The notes under the pieces: model-generated
What the model saw: the letters and a program-made list of their open reading frames with translations, nothing else
Databases searched by the model: none
Told to the model about the DNA's origin: nothing
Position numbers and translations under genes: made by a program
Source: Gemmatimonadales bacterium
GTDB lineage: Bacteria > Gemmatimonadota > Gemmatimonadetes > Gemmatimonadales > GWC2-71-9
DNA: 64,000 nucleotides
Direction of reading: 5' to 3'
Assembly (NCBI GenBank): GCA_039794085.1
Contig: JBDIWC010000004.1
Span: 64,095-128,094 of the forward strand
Part shown: positions 31,265 to 41,911 of the stretch, piece by piece
How the letters are laid out: each line of letters begins with the position of its first letter
How positions within the stretch are numbered: the stretch's first letter is position 1

Positions 31265-31638
31265 CCCCCGACACCCCCGAGACGACGTCGCCTCTCCCTC
31301 CAGCCTGTGGATGCGGCACCGGCGACCCGGACCGTCACGCCGTGGGAGTGGACCCGGAGATCAAGCGCCGCGTGACGGCACGGTTGCGGCGGATCGAGGG
31401 CCAGGTCCGGGGACTGCAGCGCATGGTGGAGGAGGAGCGCTACTGTGCCGACGTGATGACGCAGGTGAGTTCGGTGCAGGAGGCGTTGTCTGCGGTGAGC
31501 CGGGAGCTCCTTCGGAACCACCTCCGGTACTGCGTCACCGATGCGCTGCGCTCGGGAGACGCCGCCGCGGCGGAGCAGGTGTACGAGGAGGTGGTGGCGC
31601 TGGTGGCTCGCGCGGGCCGGGGTGGCGTCAGGTCGTGA
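31261..31638 (+). CDS. csoR: CsoR/RcnR metal-sensing repressor
   Basis: [27 protein letters not shown]. Confidence 0.92.
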   Translation: MTPDTPETTSPLPPACGCGTGDPDRHAVGVDPEIKRRVTARLRRIEGQVRGLQRMVEEERYCADVMTQVSSVQEALSAVSRELLRNHLRYCVTDALRSGDAAAAEQVYEEVVALVARAGRGGVRS

Positions 31639-33148
31639 CGCGTGCCATGTCCCGCCGGACCGTCCGCACGGCGGGAAGTAGGGCCAGACCCCCGATGATC
31701 CCGACGATGGGCAGAACGTAGATCGCCCGCTCCAGACCCATCCGGTCGGAGAGAACCCCGATGAGCGGCAGGGCCACCGCGTCTCCCGCCACGTGGACGA
31801 ACAGAAGATAGGCTCCCACCACGGTCGTTCCGATCCGGGCGGGCACCACGTCGAAGAGCACGGCGGCCAGGGGGCCGTTGTGCCAGGCGATGAAGAAGAA
31901 CGCCGCGACGAACACCGGGACGAAGAGGTCGATGTCCCGTATCGTCAGCAACCAGATGATCAACGGTCCCCCCACCAGGTACCCGATGCTCGACACCACG
32001 ATCCGGGCGGAGGGCATGACCCGCATGAGACTGTCGGCGAGGTAGCCTCCCACCACCGTTCCCGCGACGCCCGCGAGGAGACCCCACTTGCCGAGCAGCA
32101 GCGCACCCTCCGCCACACTGAGGCCGTGTTCCCGGCCCAGGAAGGTAGGGGCCCATCCGATGATGCCGTTGATCCCGAAGGTGACCAGGGCCCCGCCCAC
32201 GAAGACGTAGATCAGCGTCGGAGTGCGGAGGACCAGGGCGAACGCCCCGACCAGCTCGCCCGCGGCCGAGCCCGGCTCCGGGGTGAACCGTTCCGCCACG
32301 CTCTGGGGCCCCCGGTCCACCACGGCGGAGGTGGCCCGGAACCAGCGCGGGAGGTTGAGGAGCAGGCCGATGCTCACCACCGTGGCAAAGGCGGCCACGT
32401 CCAGCGTGCTGTCGGACCCGAACGACTGATCAAGCCAGACCGCCGCGAGAAGGCCGATCACCACGCTGGTCAACAACGGATAGCACGAGCTGACAATGGA
32501 CGACAACCCCACCTCGAGTTCCCGCAGATAACCCCGGAAGCCGAGCGGAGGAGCGGGACGCAGGGGGTCCCGGAGACGGCCCGCCAGCAGCGCCAGGCCG
32601 AATCCCGGGAGACCGAGGGCCAGGAATGTCACCCGCCAGCCGTAGAGCGCCTCCATCTGTCCCGCGATCAGGATGCCGAGCACGCCGCCCGTGGTCACGC
32701 CCGCCGTGAAGATCGCCATGGCGGCGGCGCGCCGGGCCCCCGGAAAGTAATCGGCCACGAGTGAAGTACTGGCGGCGTTGGCGGCGGCTCCCCCGATGCC
32801 GACCATGGCCCGGCTGAGCAGCAGGGAGGTGAACCCGCGGGCCAAGCCTCCCAGGCTCCCGAACACGCTCCAAGCCGCGACCCCGGTGGCCACCATTGCG
32901 GTCCGGCTCCGCAGGTCGCTGATGAGTCCTACCGGCAGGGCGGCCAGCGAAAAGACCAGAACGTAGGCGCTGCCCAGCCATCCGAGATGCGTGTCGGTGA
33001 GGCCGAGATCCCGCTTGATCGGCTCGAACAGGGCGAAGATCGCGTTGCGCTCGATGTAGTTGACGATGTTGATGACCGTCAGCAGGGTGAGCGCGTAGAG
33101 CCGGTAGCGCCGCGTCGGAGCGGCCGGCGGATCAACCGGTGTGGTCAC
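31628..33148 (-). CDS. Spinster-like MFS transporter
   Basis: [25 protein letters not shown]; 12+ TM helices. Confidence 0.88.
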   Translation of the reverse strand: MTTPVDPPAAPTRRYRLYALTLLTVINIVNYIERNAIFALFEPIKRDLGLTDTHLGWLGSAYVLVFSLAALPVGLISDLRSRTAMVATGVAAWSVFGSLGGLARGFTSLLLSRAMVGIGGAAANAASTSLVADYFPGARRAAAMAIFTAGVTTGGVLGILIAGQMEALYGWRVTFLALGLPGFGLALLAGRLRDPLRPAPPLGFRGYLRELEVGLSSIVSSCYPLLTSVVIGLLAAVWLDQSFGSDSTLDVAAFATVVSIGLLLNLPRWFRATSAVVDRGPQSVAERFTPEPGSAAGELVGAFALVLRTPTLIYVFVGGALVTFGINGIIGWAPTFLGREHGLSVAEGALLLGKWGLLAGVAGTVVGGYLADSLMRVMPSARIVVSSIGYLVGGPLIIWLLTIRDIDLFVPVFVAAFFFIAWHNGPLAAVLFDVVPARIGTTVVGAYLLFVHVAGDAVALPLIGVLSDRMGLERAIYVLPIVGIIGGLALLPAVRTVRRDMARVTT

Positions 33149-34281
33149 CGGGCGGATTTCGCTTCCTCGGCCCGGGCGTCCCGGAAGGCAATGGCGGCGC
33201 GGTACTCCTCGACCAGGCGGGTCATCATCGCCTCCCGGCGGTCGTACAGCCGCTTGCAGGGCCGGGGCACGTGGCGGGCCAGCGCGTAGGCCGCGAGGAG
33301 CGGGAGCGCCACGGTGTTGTCCAGGTAGCAGACCACCGTGTCGGGGAGCATGTCGGGATCGATCTTCCCCCAGGAAACGGCCTCGCCCGGGGTGGCGCCG
33401 GAGAGCCCCCCGGTGTCGGGACGCGCATCGGTCATCTGCAGGAAGAAGTCGTGTCCCCGTTCATCGATGCCGAGCACCTCCTGGATCTGGGGCTCGGTCT
33501 GCAGCAGGAAGTTCTTGGGGCTCCCCCCGCCCACGATGAGGGCCGCGCTCTTTCCACCGCCCCGCTTGGCCTCCAGTACGATCGCGGCGGTCTCGTTCAC
33601 GTCGGCGCTCACATCGAACCGGAGCGCGCTTCCCGCCAGCGCCTGTTCGGCCACATTCATGCCGATCGAGCTGTCGCCGGGGGAGCTGGTGTAGATCGGG
33701 ACCGCCAGGTCGTGCGCCACGCCAAGCACCGACCGCCGGGTGACGCCGAGCGCCTCCTCCCGTTTCCGGAGGTACCCGCCGAGCAGGTAGTGATACTCGG
33801 CGCTCGACATCGGCCGCTGAAACTCCTCCCGCGCCGAGACCTCACGGATGAAGGCATCGGTGGAGAGGAGGACGGAGTAGTCGAAGAAGATGTCGTAGAT
33901 GCGGACCACGCCCTCGTCCCGCAGGGTCACGTCGTCGATCTGGTGGGTGCCCTGATGGAGCGAGAGGTCGAGCCCGAAATGCGCATCGTGATAGAGATTG
34001 GCGCCGGTGGAGATGATCCAGTCGATGAACCCCGCCTCCAGCAGGGGGATGATGGTGCTCATCCCGAGCCCGGCGGGGGTCAGGGCCCCGGTCAGGCTCA
34101 TCCCGACCGTCACGTCCGGGTCGAGCATCCGGTCGGTGAAGAGACGGCATCCCGCCCGCAACCGGCCGGCGTTGTAGGCCAGGAAGGCGTTGTCGATCAG
34201 GTCGGCAAGGGTCTCCCGGCCGGTGATCGAATCGGGGACGATGCGCGTGCCGCGCAGGTGGCTGGAGGTCGGACGGGACAT
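33145..34281 (-). CDS. Deoxyhypusine synthase-like protein (possible homospermidine synthase)
   Basis: [39 protein letters not shown]. Confidence 0.92.
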   Translation of the reverse strand: MSRPTSSHLRGTRIVPDSITGRETLADLIDNAFLAYNAGRLRAGCRLFTDRMLDPDVTVGMSLTGALTPAGLGMSTIIPLLEAGFIDWIISTGANLYHDAHFGLDLSLHQGTHQIDDVTLRDEGVVRIYDIFFDYSVLLSTDAFIREVSAREEFQRPMSSAEYHYLLGGYLRKREEALGVTRRSVLGVAHDLAVPIYTSSPGDSSIGMNVAEQALAGSALRFDVSADVNETAAIVLEAKRGGGKSAALIVGGGSPKNFLLQTEPQIQEVLGIDERGHDFFLQMTDARPDTGGLSGATPGEAVSWGKIDPDMLPDTVVCYLDNTVALPLLAAYALARHVPRPCKRLYDRREAMMTRLVEEYRAAIAFRDARAEEAKSAR

Positions 34282-34330
34282 GGCCTGATTCCTGGGTCGA
34301 CGGGGTGGGTCACGGCGGGGAATATAAGGC

Positions 34331-34663
34331 AGGGAGTCGGGAGTAGGCGGGAGGCGGTAGGGGAAGGGGATCAATGTAGGGGCGAACGGCGTTCGCCCAG
34401 GCGGGAGACCGGGACAGCCCGCGGAGCGTCATGTGTCCACGGGGCGTGACGTGTCCACGGAGCGTCACCCCGGCGCACGCCGGGGTCCATGGTCGGGCGG
34501 GTAGGGACTCAACGCAAAGGCGCAAGGACGCAAGGACGCAGGGGGCCCGACGGTCCACGGAACGTCACATCCGCACGGAGCGTCACCCCGGCGGAGGGAC
34601 ATGGGGGTCGTCTATGTCCTACGTCCTATGTCCCACGTCCTATGTCCTACGTCCTATGTCCTA
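34331..34663. repeat. Composite intergenic element
   Basis: Purine-rich heptamers 34331-34365; REP 34375-34398 identical to 26187-26210; 18-mer repeats; ACCCCGGCG-CA-CGCCGGGGT hairpin 34467-34486; CGCAARG(G/A) repeats; YGTCCTA x7 (34615-34663). Confidence 0.85.
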
Positions 34664-34674
34664 TCCTCCCGGCC

Positions 34675-35592
34675 TCACGGCTTCCGCGGTGGGGGCGGCG
34701 GGGGCAGCGCGAGCAGTCGGCGCCGGAACGATTGAAACTCCTTCGTGTCCACCGTCAGACCCCGCAGTTGGCTCGCGGGGTGGGCCGCGATCAGGGCCTC
34801 GGTGGTGGTGATGCGATCTTCCGCGAGGGGATGGGTGGCAAAGAATGCGTCCAGCGCGCTCGGATTGTTCTTGCGTTCGCGAAGGAGGATGCGGAACATC
34901 CCCGGTATGCCCGACGGGTGGATCCCCGCCTTGATCGTCGTCTCCACACCCTCCGCATCGGCTTCCTGCTCGTCCGAGCGGCTGAACTTGGCGAAGAGGG
35001 CGCTTCCCCCCACTCCGATGGCGGTCTGACCGGCCCCGCTCTCACACACCTTGGTGAGCGTGCAGGCCAGGACGACCCCCACGTTCGCTCCCTGGGCCTG
35101 CTGCATCTGCTGCACGGAGTGGCGCCGGGTGACATGCCCGATCTCGTGCCCGAGCACTCCGGCCAGTTGGCTCATGTTCTCCGCCTGCTCGATGAGACCG
35201 CGGTTGACATAGATCCACCCGCCGGGGACGGCAAAGGCGTTGACGTCCCTGCTGTCCACCACGGTGAAGTGCCACGAGAGCCCCCGGGTATCGGTGACCC
35301 GTGCCAGGGAGTTGCCGAGGGTCGTGATGTATCTCACGACGGCGGGATCGGTGACGAGGGGCAACTGCTCCGCGATCTGGCCGGCGAAGTCCGCACCCAT
35401 CTGCAACTCCTGTTGCTGGGAGATGGCGCAGGCCGCACTCGCCAGGAGCAGGACCAGGACCGGTCGGCGCGGGGCGCGACGCGGCTTTTTCGCCTTCCGC
35501 GCCCGCTCATCCGGTGTCACCCCGGGGCGGAAGTCGACACCAAGGGTGGTGGAACTGGCGCCGGTCGCGTCGATGATGTGGGGGTGGTTCAT
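34675..35592 (-). CDS. M48 family metalloprotease (BepA/YfgC-like), probable lipoprotein
   Basis: VNAFAVPGG, HEIGH, FSRSDEQEAD, FFATHP; LASAAC. Confidence 0.9.
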   Translation of the reverse strand: MNHPHIIDATGASSTTLGVDFRPGVTPDERARKAKKPRRAPRRPVLVLLLASAACAISQQQELQMGADFAGQIAEQLPLVTDPAVVRYITTLGNSLARVTDTRGLSWHFTVVDSRDVNAFAVPGGWIYVNRGLIEQAENMSQLAGVLGHEIGHVTRRHSVQQMQQAQGANVGVVLACTLTKVCESGAGQTAIGVGGSALFAKFSRSDEQEADAEGVETTIKAGIHPSGIPGMFRILLRERKNNPSALDAFFATHPLAEDRITTTEALIAAHPASQLRGLTVDTKEFQSFRRRLLALPPPPPPRKP

Positions 35593-35753
35593 GGTCCGTG
35601 CCCTCGCGGGATGATGGGTCGCACTTCCCCTCCGTGACGCCGCGGTCGACCGTGTCGCCCACGGTGATTACGAAAGCTATGGGGGAGGACCGAGCGTCCC
35701 AATCGCTCATTCGGGTGGAGGAGGGACTAGTCCGGAGGAGTGAGGGGCAGCGG

Positions 35754-35904
35754 CGTGGGGTCGAATCCCCTGCGCCCTTGCGGGGGCCCCACAGACCAAG
35801 GAACGTCACGTGTCCGCGGAGCGTCACCCCGGCGAACGCCGGGGTCCATGGTCGGGCAGGCAGGGGACTCGACGCGGCGGCGTAGGGGCGAATCACATTC
35901 GCCC
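35754..35904 (+). repeat. Composite element copy: degenerate REP, GTCACCCCGGCGAACGCCGGGGTCCA, GTAG REP
   Basis: Homologous to 34430-34510 and 47883-48000; REP GTAGGGGCGAATCACATTCGCCC at 35882-35904. Confidence 0.8.
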
Positions 35905-35950
35905 ATGAGGTATCAGGATATCCCCATGAACCGATGGTGTGGCTCGAGCG

Positions 35951-37264
35951 CTACGGACTCCACACGCCGCTATGGGCGTCCTCTATCAGCAGGCTCTCCC
36001 TGGCTCCATGCAACGTCACCTGGCGGATCGCCGAAGGACACTTGTGGTCCCAGCATGTCGGGGAGAATACGACCGCGGAGCCGTCCGGTGCCCAGCCAGG
36101 ACGCGCGAAACCGGCCGTATTGGTCAGCAGCCGAAAACCTCCATTGGTGAGCGGCCGAACACCTCCCCCATCCGCCCCCATGACGCCCACTCGGCTGATT
36201 GTGCAGCTCGCCCACTGCCATTCGACGCATTCCATCACTGCGAGGCTGCGTCCGTCCGGCGACCACGACGGCTGCGAGTAGATCGTGTAGGTCGGCCAGT
36301 TCGCCTGGTTACCGAGGAACCCGTTCGTCACCTGCTTGATCTCACCCGTCCCGTCGGCGTTGGCGATGTAGATGTCGTAGGCAAAATCGAAACCCATCCA
36401 GTCACTGACAAACGCGATTCTGGTACCATCCGGCGACCAGGCCGGGAAGTCGTGGTAGCCCCGGTCGAAGCCGATGCGTACGGCAGATGGGCCCGGGTCG
36501 TCCACCGACCTCACGAGAATGGCGCCCTGTCCGTCGAATAGGGTGGCAAATGCGAGCCGCCGCCCATCGGGAGACCAGGTCGGCGAGCGACCCTCACCCA
36601 GCACTGTCAGGCCCGAGCCATCGGCGTTGATCAGGAGGATCCTGTCGCTGGCGGGCCACGTGTTCTCCTCGGCAAATGCGATCCGGTTTCCGTCCGGCGA
36701 CCACGCGGGATGTCCGAACGTGCCGCCGCTGGTGAGCTGAATGGTGCTTTCGTTCATGGAGTCGTAGACGTAGATGTCGCCGGCGCGCACGAAGGCGAGC
36801 CGTGGAAGGGACGACAGCGTGATGAAACGCAGCGTCTCCCCCTCCCGCCGGCCCACCTCGTTTCGGGCGACCGCCCGGAAGTAGTAAGTGGTGGCCGGCT
36901 CCAGCGAGTCGATCGTCGCACTCACCTCCTGCGCCGAGGTCTCGGACAGGGTGCGAATCGCGGTCTGGCGGACGAGCGATTCCGGGCTCGTGCCCCACTC
37001 GAACCAGGTCTCGGTGGCGCTGCCGCGCGGAGTCACCACGCCGTGCAACGTGGCCGTGCCGGCGCCGTTCCCCCTCGAGACCTTCACGGTGACAGCTTCC
37101 GGTGCTTGCGGTGTGGGCGATAGGGTCGTCGGTGTGGTCGCGCCGTCGCAGGCGATGAGCCACGCGATCAGGCACCCTCCCCAGACATGCCGGCCACGGA
37201 ATGGGGCGCGTTGTGATGGGCTGATGATCGTCGTCGACGGGGTTCTGCGCGATGTCCCGCTCAT
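35951..37264 (-). CDS. TolB-like PD40 beta-propeller lipoprotein with N-terminal FN3-like domain
   Basis: AAGGGAG RBS; WLIAC; LEPATTYYFRAVARN; repeated PxWSPDG. Confidence 0.85.
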   Translation of the reverse strand: MSGTSRRTPSTTIISPSQRAPFRGRHVWGGCLIAWLIACDGATTPTTLSPTPQAPEAVTVKVSRGNGAGTATLHGVVTPRGSATETWFEWGTSPESLVRQTAIRTLSETSAQEVSATIDSLEPATTYYFRAVARNEVGRREGETLRFITLSSLPRLAFVRAGDIYVYDSMNESTIQLTSGGTFGHPAWSPDGNRIAFAEENTWPASDRILLINADGSGLTVLGEGRSPTWSPDGRRLAFATLFDGQGAILVRSVDDPGPSAVRIGFDRGYHDFPAWSPDGTRIAFVSDWMGFDFAYDIYIANADGTGEIKQVTNGFLGNQANWPTYTIYSQPSWSPDGRSLAVMECVEWQWASCTISRVGVMGADGGGVRPLTNGGFRLLTNTAGFARPGWAPDGSAVVFSPTCWDHKCPSAIRQVTLHGARESLLIEDAHSGVWSP

Positions 37265-37304
37265 GGGTATCTCCCTTAATACTGCATGTCGCCGGCCGGT
37301 GTTA

Positions 37305-37442
37305 TCGGGCCGGGACCATTTGCTCCGCCGTAGAGGGCGGCGGCGCACATCCTCTCCCCATACATCACATCACACCGGACCCGCTGAATCGGGGCCACGG
37401 AGCGGGACCGACCGTGGCACCTCAGGGCACTGGCCGCCACGC
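37305..37442. repeat. Direct repeat A (copy B at ~38770-38905)
   Basis: Identical core TTGCTCCGCCGTAGAGGGCGGCGGCGCACATCCTCTCCCCATACATCAC and ACACCGGACCCGCTGAATCGGGGCCACGGAG. Confidence 0.9.
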
Positions 37443-38693
37443 CGGGGTGCGGCCCGAGGCAACCAGGATCGGTTCGCCGGTCCCGTCCGCTGCGATGTAC
37501 GCGACCGATGAGCTGATCCAGGGAGGAGAATTGAACGTGAACGCGATCCGGGTTCCGTCCGGTGACCATGCCGGATCTTGCGGTGACCATGCCGGAGGAA
37601 CAACCTCCGATCCACGGGTCACCTGCACGGTGCCTGATCCATCCGCGTTCACGGCGACAATGCCGCAGGCGGCGAAGGTGCATTTCACAAACGCAATTCG
37701 CTGACCGTCCGGCGACCAGGTCGGATGATTGATGCCGGCCCCTTCATCACGGGGCGTGAGCGCGGTGACATGTGAACCATCCGCGTTCATGACGTGGAGC
37801 GCCTGGGAGCTCTCGTCGCTGCTCAGGCTGACGAAGGCGATCTTGGTCCCATCCGGCGACCAGGCAGGCTCCGCGGCCAGCAAGGCGATGCGGACTGGCG
37901 CGGCGCCGCGCTCTCCGACGCTCAGCAGGTAGATGTCAGCATCGTACGAGCACCGGTCCGGCCCGCCGGGACAGTTGGCACGTTCAACGGCGAGTACGCG
38001 GCCGTCGGGTGACCAGGACGGCGAATAGAATCCGTCAGCAAGACGTACGACATTGGAGCCGTCGGCATTCATCACGTAGACGGCGCTCTCCGGCCATTCC
38101 GGATCAAATCGCGCGAACGCGATCCGCTGGCCATCCGGTGACCACGCCGGGTCAGTGCCGGGGGTGTTCAACGACCTTGCCTCACCGTTGACGAGGGTAT
38201 GGATGTGCCCGTCGCGCACGAAGACCAGTTGCTGAGCCGAGCAGGCGGCGGCGTCGCAGGCGTACGCCGTGAGTACCGCGTGCAGGTCGCCGGCTCGCGC
38301 TCTGACCTGTTGAACGCCTGGTGTGTCGCCCAGCGTCCAGGTTCCCGAAGTCGCGATACCGAGCCCATCGGTGAGGACGGCGCTGCCAGCCAGGGTTCCG
38401 TTTCCCGAGAGCACCTCGAAGGTCACGGGGGTGAGCGGAACCGCCTTGCCGAAGCGGTCGGCAACCTTCACCCGCAGGAGGTCCGAAAGCGCGCCGCCAG
38501 CAAGTCCTGTCTGGTCGTTCCCACTGACCGGGGTGATTGCCGCAGCCGGTCCGTGCTTCACCTCATCCTCGGAGTCCACATCCTCGGAGTCCACGAGCCC
38601 CTCTGAGCTTGTGCATCCGGCAATCATCAGTAGGGTGACGATGACACCCGACCCCAGGTTCCTCCAGAGCGCTCCACGATTCCTGCTTCGCAT
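37422..38693 (-). CDS. TolB-like PD40 lipoprotein with Ig-like (Big_1-type) domain
   Basis: GGAGG RBS; MIAGC; SGNDQTG..VTFEV..TDGLG; multiple WSPDG. Confidence 0.85.
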   Translation of the reverse strand: MRSRNRGALWRNLGSGVIVTLLMIAGCTSSEGLVDSEDVDSEDEVKHGPAAAITPVSGNDQTGLAGGALSDLLRVKVADRFGKAVPLTPVTFEVLSGNGTLAGSAVLTDGLGIATSGTWTLGDTPGVQQVRARAGDLHAVLTAYACDAAACSAQQLVFVRDGHIHTLVNGEARSLNTPGTDPAWSPDGQRIAFARFDPEWPESAVYVMNADGSNVVRLADGFYSPSWSPDGRVLAVERANCPGGPDRCSYDADIYLLSVGERGAAPVRIALLAAEPAWSPDGTKIAFVSLSSDESSQALHVMNADGSHVTALTPRDEGAGINHPTWSPDGQRIAFVKCTFAACGIVAVNADGSGTVQVTRGSEVVPPAWSPQDPAWSPDGTRIAFTFNSPPWISSSVAYIAADGTGEPILVASGRTPAWRPVP

Positions 38694-38769
38694 GCCGCCT
38701 CCATTCACCCGCAACTGCGGTTTAGGGTGTCGCCGGCTGGATGAACGCCGCGGCCGGTGTCATGGTGTC

Positions 38770-38905
38770 GGGATCGGTTGCTCCGCCGTAGAGGGCGGCG
38801 GCGCACATCCTCTCCCCATACATCACCCGTACACCGGACCCGCTGAATCGGGGCCACGGAGAGGGAACAACCGTGGTACCTCAGGGCCGTGGGTGCCACG
38901 CGGGG
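38770..38905. repeat. Direct repeat B
   Basis: See 37305-37442. Confidence 0.9.
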
Positions 38906-39505
38906 CTGTGCCCGTTCCCGACGATCAGGCCCTCGGCGCTGCCGTTGGCCCGGACGAATCGGATCGAGCTCTCGCAGCTTCGGCAGCTCGACGACCCGAA
39001 CGCGATCGTGCGGCCGTCGGGTGACCAGGCGGACTGGAAGTAGTGGACGACGTCGAGGAATGGGCTGGGGGGACATCAGATCCGTTCGCGTTCATGACAT
39101 ACAGGTCATGCACGAAGTCGTAGAACCGCCAGATGCGCGAGGTGAGCGCCACGCCCGAATCGTTCGGCCGGGGCTCGGTCCGGATGAGGATCGGGGGCGT
39201 CCGACCTCGCCGAGATGGTATCCCCCTCGGCCGCCGGGACGCCCACTGGATCCAGGCCCCCGCCGGTGGAAGGCGGGATCACCGCCGCGGAGACCACGGC
39301 GCCGGCGCGGAGGACCTCGAGGGTGACCGTGATCGCACCGAGCAGCGGAGGGGAGCCCGGGAGGGCGGAGATTAAACGCGACGGGGCCGACCGCATTCGA
39401 CACGACGAAGGGGCCGGGTCCCGTCAGGGCAAGCGGTGGTGACGGCGGCGGCGGCGCGAGTGTTTCGGCCGGTGAGCCGCACGCGGCCGCGAGGCCCGCG
39501 AGGAA
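38881..39505 (-). pseudogene. Frameshifted, internally deleted fourth TolB-like paralogue
   Basis: Near copy of 40595-41000 (LAAACGSPAETLAPPP..GGLDPVGVPAA) with frameshifts, joined to PD40 fragments ending GHSPAWHPRP*; no start codon. Confidence 0.8.
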
Positions 39506-39510
39506 GGCGG

Positions 39511-41046
39511 TCAGCGGGAAGGTGAGGGACGCCACGCCGGAGTGTGACCGCCTGAGAACAGGGGGATGGGCTCCCCGCCAGTGGCTGCGGGGACGTACGC
39601 GACCGAGGGCGACCCTTGGCGGGGGGGCCACACAGTGAAGGCGATCCAGGCTCCGTCCGGAGACCAGGCGGGTGCGCCGGCGTTCCCGCTGGTGGTGAGC
39701 TGTGCCAGGGCCGAGGGCGGGGCCGACGCGGCATCTGCGTCGACCGCGAAAATATCACAGCTGTCAAAGCATTTCGAGAATGCGATCCGCCGGCCGTCGG
39801 GCGACCAGGTGGGGCCATAGATCCCGCCTGGGTCCCGCAGGGTGACTTCCCTGACGGCCGTGCCGTCCGCATTCATGACGTGGAGCGCGTGGTAGCCGTC
39901 GTCGCCGCTCAGGCTGACGAAAGCGATCATGGTCCCATCGGGTGACCAGGCGGGCTCTGCGCCACTGGACCGGAGATGAACCGGAGCCTCGCCATCGTCA
40001 TGGGCGCTCATCAGGTGGATGTCGCAGTAGTAGGTGCAGTCGCCACTCGTGACGGCCAGCAACCTGCCGTCGGGCGACCAGGCCGGGGAGCCGAAGTCAC
40101 CGGCACGCCGCACCACATTCGCCCCATTGGCATCCATCAGGAAGAGGCTGCTGCTCCCGCTCTTCTGGTCGTAGGTCACGAATGCGATCCGGCCGCCATC
40201 CGGCGACCACGCCGGCTCCTGGTTCGACGTCCCGGCGCCGGTGTTGGTCAGCTGCACCAGGCCGCCATTGGCAGTGGCCACCACGTAGATCTGACCATCC
40301 CTCACGAAGGCCAGATCCGCCTGCATGGGCAGGAGCCTGGGCGGGGCTGTGGCAAACGAGATGCTGGTCGCGACCCCGATCGGTGTCCCGTCGAGATCAC
40401 GGATCCCCGCGCCCAGCATCAGCTGGTATACGGTCGCCACCGACAGGATTGCGGCCGGAGTGAACTCGGCGACGGTGTGTTCGGGGTTCGCGAAGCCGAC
40501 CTGGCCCGCGAGACTGCTGTCGCCCGAGCGCAGGTCGATGTTCTGTGACGTGAGCGAGGCGGGGTCGATCGGCTCGCTGAAGACCACCCGGATGCGCGCG
40601 TTGAGCGCCACGTCCGGATCGTTCGTGCGGGGCTCGGTCCGGATGAGGATCGGGGGAGTCCGCGACGGAATCGTAAAGACCCAGGCCGGTGTGGCCGACC
40701 CGGTCAACCGTGCCGACACGGTGTCCCCTGCCGCTGCCGGGACGCCCACCGGGTCCAAGCCCCCGCCGGGGGAAGGCGGGATCACCGCCGCGGAGACCAC
40801 CGCGCCGGCGCGGAGGACCTCGAGGGTGACCGTGATCGCACCGAGCAGCGGAGGGGAGTCCGGGAGGGCGGAGATGAACGCGACGGGGCCGAGCGCATTC
40901 GACACCACGAAGGGGCCGGGTCCCGTCAAGGCAGGCGGCGGTGGTGGTGGCGGCGGTGGTGGCGCGAGTGTTTCGGCCGGTGAGCCGCAGGCGGCCGCGA
41001 GGCTCGTCAGGATCACAAGGCGAAGAAAATGGGCGGCACGAATCAT
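39511..41046 (-). CDS. TolB-like PD40 lipoprotein with Ig-like (Big_5-type) domain
   Basis: GAGGG RBS; LAAAC; IRVVFSEPIDPASL..GIRDLDG; five WSPDG. Confidence 0.87.
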   Translation of the reverse strand: MIRAAHFLRLVILTSLAAACGSPAETLAPPPPPPPPPPALTGPGPFVVSNALGPVAFISALPDSPPLLGAITVTLEVLRAGAVVSAAVIPPSPGGGLDPVGVPAAAGDTVSARLTGSATPAWVFTIPSRTPPILIRTEPRTNDPDVALNARIRVVFSEPIDPASLTSQNIDLRSGDSSLAGQVGFANPEHTVAEFTPAAILSVATVYQLMLGAGIRDLDGTPIGVATSISFATAPPRLLPMQADLAFVRDGQIYVVATANGGLVQLTNTGAGTSNQEPAWSPDGGRIAFVTYDQKSGSSSLFLMDANGANVVRRAGDFGSPAWSPDGRLLAVTSGDCTYYCDIHLMSAHDDGEAPVHLRSSGAEPAWSPDGTMIAFVSLSGDDGYHALHVMNADGTAVREVTLRDPGGIYGPTWSPDGRRIAFSKCFDSCDIFAVDADAASAPPSALAQLTTSGNAGAPAWSPDGAWIAFTVWPPRQGSPSVAYVPAATGGEPIPLFSGGHTPAWRPSPSR

Positions 41047-41301
41047 GGGACCCTCACCGACGGTTGGAGAATTGCCCGGGGATGGCGCAGCGGGCAGGGC
41101 TCTTGAGTATTGTCTCCGGCCGCTGTAGCGTTGGCCGAGGCGCCGAGCCGGACCTGCCGGTCGAGCGCCATCCCGTATCTCACAACACACCGGAGCGCTT
41201 TGTGAGGGGCCACAAAGAACCAGAACGACGGTGGTCACCTGGCCGATGGCTGGGCCGCCCCGCCCCCGTGGACTCGGGGTGAAGTGTCGGACGACGATCC
41301 G

Positions 41302-41904
41302 ATGACGGACGCCTCCGCCCCGGCCGACCTCACGGGCCTCCTGCACGCCGTCGCGCGAGGTGATCGCGAGGCGCTCAATGCCCTTCTGCCACTCGTGTAC
41401 GACGAGCTGAGCCTCCTCGCGCATCGCCAACGGAGGAAGTGGCACGGCGACCTGACCCTCACCACCACCGCGCTGGTGCACGAAGCGTATCTGAAGCTCG
41501 CCGGCCAGAAACGGCTTTCGACGGAGAATCGGGCGCACTTCTTCGCGGTCGCGGCCACGGCCATGCGTCACATCCTCTGCAACTACGCCCGCGACCGGCA
41601 GCGGCAGAAGCGTGGGGGTGGCGTGCGGCCCCTCGCGCTGGACCCGGGCCACCTGGGCGTCGAGCTCGATCTGTCCGCCGAGCAGGTGGACACCCTGGCG
41701 GACCTGGACGACGCGCTGCGGCGGTTCGAGCAGGCCGCCCCGCGACAGAGCCGCGTGGTGGAATGCCGCTTCTTCGGCGGCATGAGTGTCGAGGACACGG
41801 CCGCGACCCTGGGCATGTCGGCACGGAGCGTCAAGCGGGACTGGAGCTTCGCCCGGGCCTGGCTTCGGCGACAGATGACGCACACTCTCGACTCCGGCGG
41901 CTGA
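41302..41904 (+). CDS. ECF sigma factor of the kinase-associated type
   Basis: LLPLVYDEL, TLTTTALVHEAYLKL, AMRHILCNYAR..KRGGG, ECRFFGGMS, RDWSFARAWL; alternative GTG start at 41284. Confidence 0.92.
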   Translation: MTDASAPADLTGLLHAVARGDREALNALLPLVYDELSLLAHRQRRKWHGDLTLTTTALVHEAYLKLAGQKRLSTENRAHFFAVAATAMRHILCNYARDRQRQKRGGGVRPLALDPGHLGVELDLSAEQVDTLADLDDALRRFEQAAPRQSRVVECRFFGGMSVEDTAATLGMSARSVKRDWSFARAWLRRQMTHTLDSGG

Positions 41905-41911
41905 GGGAGCT

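Noticed and set aside
35745..35780. tRNA T-arm-like GGGGTCGAATCCCC
   Set aside because: No TTC loop or cloverleaf; it aligns with the degenerate REP at 47884.
37305..38905. Diversity-generating retroelement TR/VR pair
   Set aside because: Mostly intergenic, differences are not adenine-specific, and there is no reverse transcriptase in the window.
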